Of a stretch of 64,000 bases of DNA, positions 1 through 11,335 are shown piece by piece. The stretch is taken from assembly GCA_030390025.1 (NCBI GenBank), contig JASTWF010000114.1, positions 868,001 through 932,000 on the forward strand, in the 5' to 3' direction. The position numbers and the translations under genes are program-made. The notes beneath the pieces are model-generated. The model did no database searches. It worked only from the letters and a program-made list of their open reading frames with translations, and was not told the DNA's origin. Numbering within the stretch: position 1 is the stretch's first letter; the number at the start of each line of letters is the position of its first letter. This DNA comes from Squalus acanthias. Lineage: Eukaryota.

Positions 1-2631
1 TGCAGAACACCAAAGGGCAGAAAACGTTAGTGGGAGTTGTGTACAGACCTCCAAACAGCAGTAGTGAGGTGGGGGAGGGTATGAAACAGGAAATCAGAGG
101 TGCGTGCAAAAAAGGCACGGCAGTTATCATGGGTGACTTTAATATGCATATAGATTGGGCTACTCAAACTGGAAGCAATACGGTGGAGGAGGATTTCCTG
201 GAGTGTTTAAGGGATGGTTTCCTAAACCAATATGTTGAGGAACCAACTCGAGGGGAGGCCATCCTGGACTGGGTGTTGTGTAATGAGGAAGGACTAATCA
301 GCAATCTTGTGGTACGAGGCCCCCTGGGGAAGAGTGACCATAGTATGGTGGAGTTCTACATTAGGATGGAGAAGGAAACAGTTAAGTCAGAGACCATGGT
401 CCAGAACTTAAATAAGGGCAACTTTGAGGGTATGAGGCGTGAATTGGCGAGGTTAAATTGGCAAGCGATATTTAAGGGGCTATCAGTGGAAGGGCAATGG
501 CAGACATTTAGAGATCGCATGGATGAACTACAACAATTGTACATCCCGGTCTGGCGTAAAAATAAAAAAGGGAAGGTGGCTCAACCATGGCTAACAAGGG
601 AAATCAGGGATAGTATTAAAAGCAAGGAAGTGGCATACAAATTGGCCAGAAGTAGCAGGAAACCCGGGGACTGGGAGAACTTCAAAACTCAGCAGAGGAG
701 AACGAAGGGTTTGATTAGGGCAGGGAAAATAAAATATGAAAGGAAGCTTGCAGAGAACATTAAAATGGACAGCAAAAGCTTCTATAAATATATAAAAAGA
801 AAGAGGTTAGTAAAAACAAACGTAGGTCCCCTGCAGTCGGAAACAGGGGAAGTCGTAATGGGGAACAAGGAAATGGCGGATCAATTGAACAAGTACTTTG
901 GTTCGGTGTTTACTGTGGAGGACACACACAACCTGCCGGAAATAAAAGGGGTCAGAGGATCTGGTAAGAGGGAGGAGCTGAGGGAAATCCTTATTAGTCG
1001 GGAAAAGGTATTGGGAAAATTGATGGGACTGAAGGCTGAAAAATCCCCGGGGCCTGATGGTCTGCATCCCAGAGTACTTAAGGAGGTGGCCTTGGAAATA
1101 GTGGATGCATTGACGATCATTTTCCAACATTCCTTAGACTCTGGATCAGTTCCGATGGAGTGGAGGGTGGCCAATGTAACCCCTCTTTTTACAAAAGGAG
1201 GGAGGGAGAAAGCAGGGAATTATAGACCGGTCAGCCTGACATCGGTTGTGGGTAAAATGATGGAAGCAATTATTAAAGATGTCATAACAGACCATTTGGA
1301 AAGTGGCGACATGATAGGTCCAAGTCAGCATGGATTTGTGAAAGGGAAATCATGCTTGACAAATCTTCTGGAATTTTTTGAGGATGTTTCCAATAGGGTG
1401 GACAGGGGGGAACCAGTAGATGTGGTGTATTTGGACTTTCAGAAGGCCTTCGACAAGGTTCCACACAAGAGATTGGTGAGCAAAGTTAAAGCACATGGGA
1501 TTGGGGGTAATGTGTTGACGTGGATTGAGAACTGGTTGGCACACAGGAAACAAAGAGTAGGAGTAAATGGGTACTTTTCAGAATGGCAGGCAGTGACCAG
1601 CGGGGTACCGCAGGGTTCGGTGCTGGGACCCCAGCTGTTTACATTATATATTAATGATTTGGACGAAGGGATTAAATGTAATATCTCCAAATTTGCGGAT
1701 GACACTAAATTGGGAGGCAGTGTGAACAATGAGGAGGATGCTAGGAGGCTACAGAGTGACTTGGACAGGTTGGGTGAATGGGCAAATGTATGGCAGATGA
1801 AGTACAATGTGGATAAATGTGAGGTTATCCACTTTGGTGGTAAAAATAGAGAGGCGGACTATTACCTGAATGGTGGCAGATTAGGGAAAGGGGAGGTGCA
1901 ACGAGACCTGGGCATTATGGTACATCAGTCATTGAAGGTGGGAATGCAAGTGCAGCAGGCAGTCAAGAAAGCAAACGGAATGATGGCCTTCATAGTAAGG
2001 GGATTTGAGTACAGGAGTAGGGAGGTGATGCTGCAGTTGTACAGGGCCTTGGTGAGGCCACACCTGGAGTATTGTGCGCAGTTTTGGTCTCCTAACTTAA
2101 GGAAGGACATTCTTGCTATTGAGGGAGTGCAGCGAAGGTTCACTAGATTGATTCCTGGGATGGCCGGACTGACATATCAAGAAAGATTGGGTCAACTGAA
2201 CTTGTATCCTCTGGAGTTCAGAAGAATGAGGGGGGATCTTACAGAGACATTTAAAATCCTGACTGGTTTAGACAAATTAGATGCGGGCAGAATGTTCCCA
2301 ATGGTAGGGAAAACTAGAACCAGGGGTCACAGTCTAAGGATTAAGGGGAAGCCATTTAGGACTGAGCTGAGGAGGAACTTCTTCACCCAGAGAGTGGTGA
2401 ATCTATGGAATTCTCTTCCACAGAAGGTTGTTGAGGCCAGTTCGCTAAATATATTCAAAAGGGAGTTAGATATAACACTCACAACTAGGGGGATCAAGGG
2501 GTATGGCGAGAAAGCAGGAATGGGGTACTGAGGTAGCATGTTCAGCCATGAACGCATTGAATGGCGGTGCAGGCTCGAAGGACCGAATGGTCTACTCCTG
2601 TACCTATTTTCTATGTTTCTATGTTTCTATG
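1..2631 (+). mobile_element. Young CR1-clade LINE, cut by the window edge at its 5' side
   Basis: Uninterrupted ORF2, CR1-type 3' UTR and (CTATGTTT)n tail ending at about 2631. Confidence 0.95.
30..2531 (+). CDS. CR1 ORF2 (APE endonuclease C-part plus reverse transcriptase), 5'-partial
   Basis: GDFN and SDH endonuclease motifs; [26 protein letters not shown] and FADD RT motifs; 833 codons with no stop. Confidence 0.93.
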   Translation: MGVVYRPPNSSSEVGEGMKQEIRGACKKGTAVIMGDFNMHIDWATQTGSNTVEEDFLECLRDGFLNQYVEEPTRGEAILDWVLCNEEGLISNLVVRGPLGKSDHSMVEFYIRMEKETVKSETMVQNLNKGNFEGMRRELARLNWQAIFKGLSVEGQWQTFRDRMDELQQLYIPVWRKNKKGKVAQPWLTREIRDSIKSKEVAYKLARSSRKPGDWENFKTQQRRTKGLIRAGKIKYERKLAENIKMDSKSFYKYIKRKRLVKTNVGPLQSETGEVVMGNKEMADQLNKYFGSVFTVEDTHNLPEIKGVRGSGKREELREILISREKVLGKLMGLKAEKSPGPDGLHPRVLKEVALEIVDALTIIFQHSLDSGSVPMEWRVANVTPLFTKGGREKAGNYRPVSLTSVVGKMMEAIIKDVITDHLESGDMIGPSQHGFVKGKSCLTNLLEFFEDVSNRVDRGEPVDVVYLDFQKAFDKVPHKRLVSKVKAHGIGGNVLTWIENWLAHRKQRVGVNGYFSEWQAVTSGVPQGSVLGPQLFTLYINDLDEGIKCNISKFADDTKLGGSVNNEEDARRLQSDLDRLGEWANVWQMKYNVDKCEVIHFGGKNREADYYLNGGRLGKGEVQRDLGIMVHQSLKVGMQVQQAVKKANGMMAFIVRGFEYRSREVMLQLYRALVRPHLEYCAQFWSPNLRKDILAIEGVQRRFTRLIPGMAGLTYQERLGQLNLYPLEFRRMRGDLTETFKILTGLDKLDAGRMFPMVGKTRTRGHSLRIKGKPFRTELRRNFFTQRVVNLWNSLPQKVVEASSLNIFKRELDITLTTRGIKGYGEKAGMGY

Positions 2632-2659
2632 AGACTGGAGTGAATTAATTTCTCCCTAA

Positions 2660-5600
2660 CACTGTGCCTGCATGCTAGCTTCCTGTGTTTCTTGCACGAG
2701 GACAACCAAATCTCTCTGAACACCAACATTTGAAAGTTTCTCACCATTTAAAAAATATTCTGTTTTTCTATGGTTTCTACCAAAGTGAATAACCTCACAT
2801 TTCCCTACATTATACTACATCTGCCATTGTCTTACTTTCTATCTGTTTCCTTTGCAGACGATTTGTGTTTCCCTCACAGCTTACTGTCCCACCTAGCTTT
2901 GCATCGTCAGCAAACTTGGATACATTACACTCGGCCCCTTCATCTAGGTCAGTAATACAGATTGGAAATAGCTGAGGCCCCAGCACTGATCCTTGTGGCA
3001 CCCCACTTGTTACTGCCTGCCAACTTGATAAAGATCAGTTTTTCCCTCTTCTCTGTTTTTTCTGCATTAACCAATCCTCCATTCCTGCTATTATATTACC
3101 ACCAACTCCATGAGCCATAATCTTGTGTAATATTTTTTTCTGTGGCACCTTATCGAATGCCGTTTGGAAATCCAAATATACTACATCCACTGGTTCCCCT
3201 TTATCTACCGTGCTAGTTACATCCCAAAACACATTCTAATAAATTTGTCAAACACAATTTTCCTTTCATAAATCCATGTTCACTCTGCCTAATCATGTTA
3301 TGATTTTCTAAGTGCCCTGATACCACTTCTTTAACAATGTATTCAAGCATTTTCCCGACGACTGATGTCAGGCTAACTGACCTGTCGATCCCTGTTTTCT
3401 CTCTCCCTCCTTTCTTGTTACATTTGCGACCTTCCAATCTGCTGGGACCGTTCTAGAATCTCGGGAATTATGGAAGGGCAAAACCAATGCATCCACTATT
3501 TCTTCAGCTACCTCTTTTCGAACCCTAGGATGTAGGCCGTCAGCTCCAGGTGTTTTTCGGCTTTTAATCCAATAAGTTTCTCCAGTGTGTTTTCTCGAAT
3601 AATAATTACGTGAATTCCTCACCCTCATTCGAACCTTGGTTCCCCCAATTTTGGTATGCTTTTAGTGTCTTCTACGGTGAAGACAGATACAAAATATTTC
3701 TTTAACGTTTCTGCCATTTCCTTATTCCCCATAATAATTTCTCCTGTCAGCCTCTAACGGACCAATGTTTACTTTTGCTACTCTCTTCTTTTTGAAATAC
3801 TTGTAGAAGCTCTTACCTTCTGCTTTTATATTTCTTGCTAGACATCTCTCATGTTCTATTTTTTCACTTTTTATCAATTTCTGGTCATACTTTGCTGGTT
3901 CCTGAAACTCTCCCAATCCTCAGGCTTACTGCTATTCTTCACAAAATTATTAGGGTCTTCTTTCAATCAAAAACAATCCTTTACTTCTTTAGTTAGCCAC
4001 GGTTGTATCACTTTTCCCGTGGTGTTTTAGTTTCTCAATGGAATTTACTTTTGTTGAGAATTATGAAATATTTCTTTAAATGCTAGCTACTGCTTATCTA
4101 CCGCCATACATTTTAATCTATCTTTCCAATCTACCTTACCCAAGTAAAGCCTATGTAATTGGCCTTATTGAAGTATAATGCCCTGGTTTCAGATTTAGGG
4201 AAGTCATTCTCAAACTAAATATGAAATTCTCGCATATTATGATCAGTCTGCCCAAGAGGAACCTTTACTATGAGATGGCTAATTAACGCTGTCTCATTAC
4301 ACATTATAAGATCCAAAATAGCCTGTTCGCTGGTTGGTTCCCTGACGTATTGTTCTGGCAAACTGTCCTGAATGCATTCCATGAACTGGTCCTCCAGACT
4401 ACCTTTGCCCATTTGATTTGTACAGTCTATATGAAGATTAACGTTCCCCATGATTATTGCGTTACCATTGTTACAAGCTCCCGCTATTGCTTGATTAATA
4501 TTCTGCCCAACGGTATAGCTACTGTTAGGGGGCCTATATACAACTTCCACCAGTGTTTTATGCCCCTTGTTATTCCTTATCTCCAATCATAAGGATTCTA
4601 GTTGCTGATCTTCCGAACCGAGGACCTCTCCCTCTACTGTCCTTATGCCATTCTTTATTTTCAGGGTTACATCCCTCCTTTTCCATTCTACCTATCTTTT
4701 CGAAATGTCACATAACCTGGTACATTTCGTTCCTAACCTTGGTCAAATTGCAACACGCCTCTGTAATGGCTATTAGATCAAACCCATTTATCTGAATTTG
4801 TGACAGCAGTTCGTCTATATTGTTACGAATGGTTCATGCATTCAGATAAAGAGCCTATAGCTTAATTTTATTACCATTATTACTGCTTTGAAATTATTCT
4901 CTACTGCACTGCTACGTTTAAACTCTCTGTCCCTTCATATCACACTCTGCTTATTTATACCCAAATCGTTACACTGCTCTATTGCCTTGAAATTTCTCTT
5001 TAGAATTTTAGATGTCTCCTCACCTGTCCCCTCCCCCCCCCCCCCCCCATTTTTAGTTAAAAACGACTTATCTGCACCATAGTTATTCGATTCGCCAGGG
5101 CGCTGGTCCCAGCCCGATTTAATTGGAGACCGTCCCGACGGAACAGCTCCCTCTTTCTCCACTATTTGCGCCAGTGTCCCATGAATTCAAGCCCCATTTT
5201 CCCACACCAAACTTTGAGCCACTCATTGAATTCTCTGAACTGCTTGACCCTATGCCAATTTGCGCGTGGCTCAGGAAGTTATCCAGCGATTATTACCCTT
5301 GAGATTCTGCTCATTAATTTAGACCCTAGCTCCTCAAACTCCATCAGCAGTACCTCATTCTTAGCTTTACCTATGTCGTTGGTTCCTAAATGGAAAATGG
5401 CAACTGGATCCTCCACCTCCTACTCCAAGGGATTCTCCAGCCACGAAGATATATCCTTAACCCTGGCACCGGCAGCCAACGCAGCCTTCGGAACTCTCTT
5501 TCACGGCTGCAGAGAACAGTATCAATGCCCCTGACTATACTGCCCCCTAATCCTACTACCTTCCTTCCTTCTTCCCCCAGTTGGATGGCTTCCTGTAACA

Positions 5601-6030
5601 CAGTGTCGTGTTCAGTTTGCCGATCATTCCAGCAGAGCTTTTCCTCATCCATACGGTTAACAATTACATCGTACCTGTTGGACAATGTCCAGGGCTGAGG
5701 CTCCTCCATCACTACATCCTGGATCCCAATACCTTCCTGACTCGAGGTCACACCCTCATGCCACTGACCACTAATGAACTCTAAAGTACTACATACCCTA
5801 AGCTTGTGACTGCCTCCTGGAACAAACTCTCCAGGCAGCTCTCCCCCTCCCTGATGCATCGCAATGTCTGCAGCTCAACAAATCTGAACCAACGTCCCTC
5901 GAGATGCAGACACTTACTGCAGAATTGGTTGCTCGGGAAACTGATGCCCTTCACAAACTCCCACATGCTGCAGTTACGAGACACTGCCTGTCCTGCCATC
6001 TCTAACATTTTTTTATTAATTAATTAATTA
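2660..6030 (-). mobile_element. Degenerate CR1 LINE with ORF1 (Cys-rich plus SGNH esterase-like) and broken ORF2
   Basis: ORF fragments [13 protein letters not shown] (2810-3001), YLDFQ, VYRPP (4215-4586), CSKC and GGSIVRG (5386-6008); many stops and frameshifts. Confidence 0.88.
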
Positions 6031-6064
6031 GTTAATGCTTTTATTCAACATATATTTTACTTTT

Positions 6065-6480
6065 ACAAAAAGTGAATGCTGTAAATGCTGGAAATCTGAA
6101 ATAAAAGCAAAAAATGCTGGAGATACTCAGCAGGTCTGGCGGCATCTGTGAAGAGAGAATCAGAGTTAACGTTTCAGGTCGATGACCTTTCGTCAGAACT
6201 GGAAAAAACAGGAAATTGGAATAGATTTTTAAGCAAGTGTAGAAGCTGGGAAATGGGGGAGTGGATGAAAGAACAAAAGGGAAGGTCTGTGATAGGATAG
6301 AAGGCAGGAGAGGTTAAGAAACATTAAGAGATATTCGAGGCAAAGTGAGATGGTAATGGGACAGGTTAAGAAACAAAGGATGGCTCGAGATGAAGTGTAA
6401 ATTGCGCTGGCAGAATGAAAGACAGCTGCCATGTGGGAGAGAAGAACAGAAGGCACAAACAAAAAGTGTGGATAAAAATA
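6065..6480 (-). mobile_element. Penelope pseudo-LTR-derived short repeat carrying a hammerhead motif
   Basis: On the minus strand: pyrimidine-rich body, hammerhead core, then GCTGCCAGACCTGCTGAG-like and CCAGCATTT tail. A related degenerate copy lies at about 34195-34340. Confidence 0.7.
6164..6200 (-). ncRNA. Minimal type I hammerhead ribozyme motif
   Basis: Minus strand reads AGTT-CTGACGA-A-AGGTC-ATC-GACCT-GAAA-CG-TT-AACT: stem I AGUU/AACU, CUGANGA core, 5-bp stem II, GAAA, palindromic ACGU stem III and a GUU cleavage triplet. Confidence 0.8.
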
Positions 6481-6699
6481 TATATATGATCAACAAACGC
6501 CCGCCATATCCCTGGTCTCATAAACGCTGAACATTGTTTCATCCAGAGTCTGACAAATGAGTCTAGAAAATTAGAAATCACAAAGGTTCAAGACATGCAG
6601 AACATTAGAAGTTACTGGGTTGGATTTTGCTCTCAGTGGTGAACGAGCGGCGCGGCCATTCTTCACATTTGCACGTGGCCACAGATTTTCTGTAGGATT

Positions 6700-7781
6700 T
6701 TACACTGGAACTTTCTGTAAATCCTCATGGGTGCAGAACTTGGCTATCAGTTTCTGCTCGATTATTTTGCGTTGTCGTGTGTCTCGAAGGCCGCCTTGGA
6801 GAATGCTAACCCACAGTTCCGAGGCTGAATGTCTTTGACTGCTGAAGTGTTCCCTGACTGGGAGGTAAGAATCCTGCCTGGCGATTGTTGCACGGTGTCC
6901 GTTCATACGTTGTCTCAGTGTCTGCAAGGTCTCGCCGATGTACCATGCCGCGGTGCATTCTTTCCTGCAACGTATGAGGTAGACAACTTTGGCCGAGTCA
7001 CATGAGTATGTACCATGTACCTGGTGGGTGGTGTACTTCCGTGTGATAATGGTAACTCTGTTGATGATGTGGCATGTCTTGCAGAGGTTGCCGTGGCAGG
7101 GTTGTGTGGTGTCGTGGTCGCTGTTCTCCTGAAAGCTGGGTAATTTGCTGCGAACGATGGTACTTTTGAGGTTAGGCGGCTGCTTGAAGGCGAGTAGTGG
7201 AGGCGTGGGGATGGCCTTAGCAAAGTGTTCGTCGTCATCGATGACATGTTGAAGGCTGCGAAGAACATGGCGTAGTTTCTCCACTCCGGGGAAGTACTGG
7301 ACGACATAGGGTACTCTGTTGGTTGTGTCCCGTGTGCGCCTTCTGAGGAGGTCTATGCGATTTTTCGCTGTGGCCCGTCGGAACTGTCGATCGACGAGTC
7401 GAGCATCATATCCCGTTCTTACGAGGGCGTCTTTCAGCGTCCGTAGGTGTGCATCGCGTTCCTCCTCGTCTGAGCAGATCCTGTGTATTCGCAGGGCTTG
7501 TCCATAGGGGATGGCTTCTTTAACGTGGTTAGGGTGGAAGCTGGAGTAGTGGAGCATCGTGAGGTTGTCCGTGGGATTGCGTTAGAGTGAAGTGCTGAGA
7601 TGTCTGTCTTTGATGGAGATTCGTGTGTCCAAGAATGAAATCGATTCTGAGGAGTAGTCCATGGTGAGTTTGATGGTGGGATGGAACCTATTGATGTTAT
7701 CGTGTAGTTATTTCAGTGATCCTTCGCCGTGGGTCCAAAGGAAGAAGATGTCGTCGATGTATCTGTTGTACAGCGTTGGTT
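6700..7781 (-). mobile_element. Penelope-like element fragment (RT C-terminal part plus GIY-YIG endonuclease), pseudogenised
   Basis: YIDD at 7750-7761; ORF 6700-7557 with SFHPNHVKEAIPYGQALR, a Cys-rich linker and VVYLIRC...WYIGET; in-frame stops upstream of 7557. Confidence 0.92.
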
Positions 7782-8200
7782 GGACACACGACAAGGCAAA
7801 ATCATCGAGCAGAAACTGATAGCCACGTTCCGCACCCATGAGGACGGCCTCAACCGGGATCTCGGGTTCATGTCACGCTACAGAACGTGACTCGACATCG
7901 TTGTCTGGTTTTCCAGTTTTAAAAATAAAGTTAAAAGCTTAACTGCAGACTGCAGCATTTGACACGTTGGACCCCCTGTGACCCACCTCATTGTCTTAGC
8001 TGTACTCTGATGTGTCTTTGATGTAATGCCTCCCTGACGGATTGTATCTCTGCAAACACATTGTTCTCTGTCTATATATACTGTGTAATCGATTTGTATT
8101 CCCTCACTGTACCTGAAGAAGGAGCAGAGCTCCGAAAGCACGTAATTTCAAATAAAACTGTTGGACTATAACCTGGTGTTGTGCGACTTCTCAATATTGT
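7782..8200 (+). mobile_element. Inverted Penelope pseudo-LTR joined to the 5'-truncated body, with a degenerate hammerhead at about 8108-8145
   Basis: 7782-7845 is an inverted copy of 6721-6784; it contains CTGAAGA-AGGAGC-AGA-GCTCC-GAAA and AATAAA. Confidence 0.85.
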
Positions 8201-8310
8201 TCTTAACTTACAGTTATTAACAGGTCAATTTCTGTCTATTTCTACAGCCTTCCAAAATACAGCACAGTCATTCAATTGCTGTAAATTATCTCCGCAATAG
8301 TGGGATAGAG

Positions 8311-8370
8311 AGTACCGTGACTGAGCGCTCTGAGGCGCTGGTTTAAGGCTCCTGTTAAATCCAACTATTT
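8311..8370 (+). pseudogene. tRNA-Leu(AAG)-like relic, internally deleted
   Basis: AGTACCGTGACTGAGCGCTCTGAGGCGCTGGTTTAAGGCTCC resembles the 5' half of vertebrate tRNA-Leu-AAG; variable arm missing. Confidence 0.6.
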
Positions 8371-8994
8371 GTAGATGGATCAGATTCTTAACATGTCGCT
8401 CTAAAACCGCAGGCCCTGAAGTCGAAGTTATGGTCTCGGCAATAGTACCGGGAAAAGATCGCAGACAATCCTATCAGTAGCGGTGGGCGTGTAAAGACAG
8501 GACTTCAGCCCAACGTGGGTGGGCGGGAGGGGTGGAGTTTGCTCGCTCCCATCAAACAGCTGCATTTCCGGCCTCTGAATTCTCCCTCGAGACTCCGAAC
8601 ACGGGCGAGGGTCCCTGTTTCACAATTCTCAACAATGTGTTGGACAGAATCCTTGTTTGTTTTGACCATGATGTTGAAACACGGACAGGCGACCCATGGG
8701 ATTACAAATCTTCCCTTTTGTGACAAATGTATTGTCACCGCGTTACAATCGAGTCTTTCTCTGGCACCTCATTCTTTACATCACAGTTGCTGGTTTCAGA
8801 GTGTAAACTGCGCCCACTCCCTCCTATAAACAATAATACTAAAGAGCTGTTGTAAATCTCCCATCCGCTATCGAAACACTACATCAGGAGGCCTTATTTT
8901 CCACAGGGTAGCACTTGCAAGCAGATGCATCGTGGAACACACACCTGTTGGACCTTCAACGGTGGCCGAAATTTTCACAATTAGATGAACTACC

Positions 8995-9089
8995 TGCACT
9001 AGGTGAGGCTGGAACTCACCACTTCAGCACTGACCCGATCTCTCACTGTCTTACAAGGACCGCACACTGAGCTATTGCGGCTCTAGGGC
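8995..9089 (-). pseudogene. Intron-containing tRNA-Ile(TAT)-like pseudogene
   Basis: Minus strand GCCCTAGAGCCGCAATAGCTCAGTGTGCGGTCCTTGTA-[about 20 nt]-...GTGAGTTCCAGCCTCACCTAGTGCA follows the Ile-TAT consensus; anticodon mutated to TGT. Confidence 0.7.
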
Positions 9090-9325
9090 TGGCTACAGCC
9101 CTGTCACTATGATCACCTGTTCCAATCTGCTAGAAATAATCTGCCGGTGAGAGAATCTTTTCCTGTGAAACGTGTCCTGTCCCCTTGATGAAATCATTAT
9201 CTGCACTTTCACTTTCAGTTTCTTTCATATCCTCTGCTCCATCTCACTGCATTCGGAGTTCACTACAATGAAAGACACTCGGTGCTTTTCAGGAGCCACA
9301 GTTTGAATAACTAACTCTGACCGCC

Positions 9326-10195
9326 ATATAAGAACATAAGAGATAGGAGCAGGAGGAAGCCATGCGGCAGCCTCGAGCTTTTTCCTAATTCAATAACATC
9401 ATGGGTGATCTTCGACCTCAACTCCACTTCCCCGCCCGATCTCCAGATCCCTTGATTCCCCAAGAGTCCAAAAATCTATCTATCTCAGCCTTGAACATAC
9501 TTAAAGAATGAACATCCCAAAGATTCACAACCCTCAGTCTGCAACAGAAGGTTATCCGTTGATTAATGGTGATTACAATAATTGCTCATCATTTCACAGA
9601 GTTTAATTAGTTACCTGCAAAGAGTTTAATAATGTTCACAACTGTTTTGTAAAATTAATACACTGACCATGAATTGAACCGTTGAAAAGCTCGCCGATTA
9701 TTAACCATGACGTCCTGTATTTACCCCGCTTAGTCTATCTGGTTGGAGTCTGTTGTTTGTAATGCCTGGATTCAGAGTTCGCTCCCGCAGGGGGTCAAAG
9801 GAAATTGTGCAAAGATTAAGCTCATACAATCATATAATGATACAACACGAAGCGAGACCATTTGGCACAATGTCCCTGTGCTGGCGCTCTTGTGCTGTAA
9901 TCTAATTAGTTCTACTTCCCTGCTCTTTCCTATAGACCTGTAAAAGGTTCCCCTCCAGTACTTCCCTATCGCAAGTTATTATTGAATTTGCTTTCAGCAA
10001 CCTTTCAGGCAGTGCATTCAAGATCACAGAACTCGCTGTATGAAAAACGGTTCCTCAGGTCGCCTCTGGCTCTTTTGCCAATCACCTTAAATCTGTGTCC
10101 TCTGGTTAACGACACTCCTCCCACTGGAAACTGTTTCTCTTTATTTACGATAACAAAACCGTTCATGATTTTGAACAGCTCAGTTAAATCCCTTC
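9326..10195 (-). mobile_element. Two CR1 3'-end fragments (about 9326-9536 and 9825-10195)
   Basis: CATAAGAA tail and reverse-complement CR1 3' UTR and RT-end sequence. Confidence 0.7.
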
Positions 10196-10463
10196 TAGTA
10201 AATCTGTTCTGCTCATTTCTACACTCTCAAACATAAATTAAATGAATGTTTATAAGGAAAATCACGAACAGATTAAAAAGGAGAGGGAAATAAATACTGA
10301 GCCAAATGGCTGTCAATATTTGGACGGTGAGAAGAACAGAAGATCGGAGTTTTATCATCGATCAGCAAGTGGAATCCATCGCTCCCTCGAGCTTCTGTGG
10401 GTCGGTTTACTGACACACCTGGGAATTAAGAGAAAGCTGGTTCATGGCTTGTCGAACAGTGCA

Positions 10464-10538
10464 GTTGCGATGACCGACAGTTTGGACGTGTAAATCCAAC
10501 GGGGTTTTTCTGTGCAGTTTCGAATCTTGCTTCCAGCG
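10464..10538 (+). pseudogene. tRNA-Ser(TGA/CGA)-like relic
   Basis: GTTGCGATGACCGA...TTGGAC..AAATCCAACGGGGT...GCAGTTTCGAATCTTGCTTCCAGCG follows the Ser consensus with a long variable arm; deletion in the D-arm. Confidence 0.7.
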
Positions 10539-10936
10539 CCGCTGTTTCAATCTGTCTCCCAGAACCGGTCTGAAAGGATGGCTGATTATCTGTGGGAGGC
10601 AGTGCTAGGCTACGCAGTCACTACTGTCAGTGACTCGCTGGCTGTCAGCCGGCTGCATGTGTCCAGTGTGAAACCTGTCTGAGGGCCCAGCAGACTGATT
10701 TAGATTGAACATCTTGAAATTTCATTTAAGAGTTGAGCAGGTGTTGAGTTACTTTCTTGAGAGCGGTTCGCCAATCCAGCTGAGAGGGTAAGTGGGTTGG
10801 GACTGGAGACACTTGTAAAACAGGGAGTGTCGGGACGGCAGGTTCCCTTCCCTGAAGGACATTAATGATCCAGTTGAAGTTTGGCAGCAAAGTTTCTTTG
10901 TCCAGCACCAGAAACAACGAAACCTGACCTAAAACG

Positions 10937-11020
10937 TGACCCTGGCGGGATTGGAATCCACAGCCTTTAAAGGCCGCATTGATCAGCAGTCTTTAAAGTT
11001 ATCCAGTGCGTCACAGCACC
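10937..11020 (-). pseudogene. Intron-containing tRNA-Arg(TCT)-like relic
   Basis: Minus strand CTGTGACGCACTGGATA...[intron-like]...TTTAAAGGCTGTGGATTCCAATCCCGCCAGGGTCA followed by TTTT; 5' side of the anticodon stem is deleted. Confidence 0.6.
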
Positions 11021-11199
11021 TATTCCATCGCACAGCCTTTCGTTGTGTATGTTGGTTTTCACGTTGCTCCCGTGAAGCTCGGGGATTCTGAACACTGCAG
11101 TGAAATCGGCGCGAGATTTAAGTTTGTATAATTTTAAGCATTTATGTTTTCTGCAATTTCTATAAGCTCTGAGAAGGTGATTTTGACGCAAAAACAACA

Positions 11200-11288
11200 G
11201 GGCTCGTCCAGGATTTTGAACACGGGACCTTTGGCATTTCTAGTGTGATCATTCCAAAGCGAGAATCATGTCCCCAGACCAACGAGCC
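11200..11288 (-). tRNA. tRNA-Pro(TGG)-like gene with a 16-nt insertion at the canonical intron site; probably a pseudogene
   Basis: GGCTCGTTGGTCTGGGGACATGATTCTCGCTTTGGA-[ATGATCACACTAGAAA]-TGCCAAAGGTCCCGTGTTCAAAATCCTGGACGAGCCC; anticodon at 11254-11256; T5 terminator at 11190-11194; mismatches in the anticodon stem. Confidence 0.85.
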
Positions 11289-11335
11289 GTTGACAAAGGC
11301 TCGCTCAACTCTTTGGTCTTTCTGGTTGTTCAGCT

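Noticed and set aside
356-2557. Numerous antisense ORFs over CR1 RT regions (here and elsewhere)
   Set aside because: Non-coding shadow frames of LINE ORF2.
8720-8830. Additional tRNA-Gln-like relic
   Set aside because: Only about 14 nt of resemblance, and no cloverleaf can be recovered.
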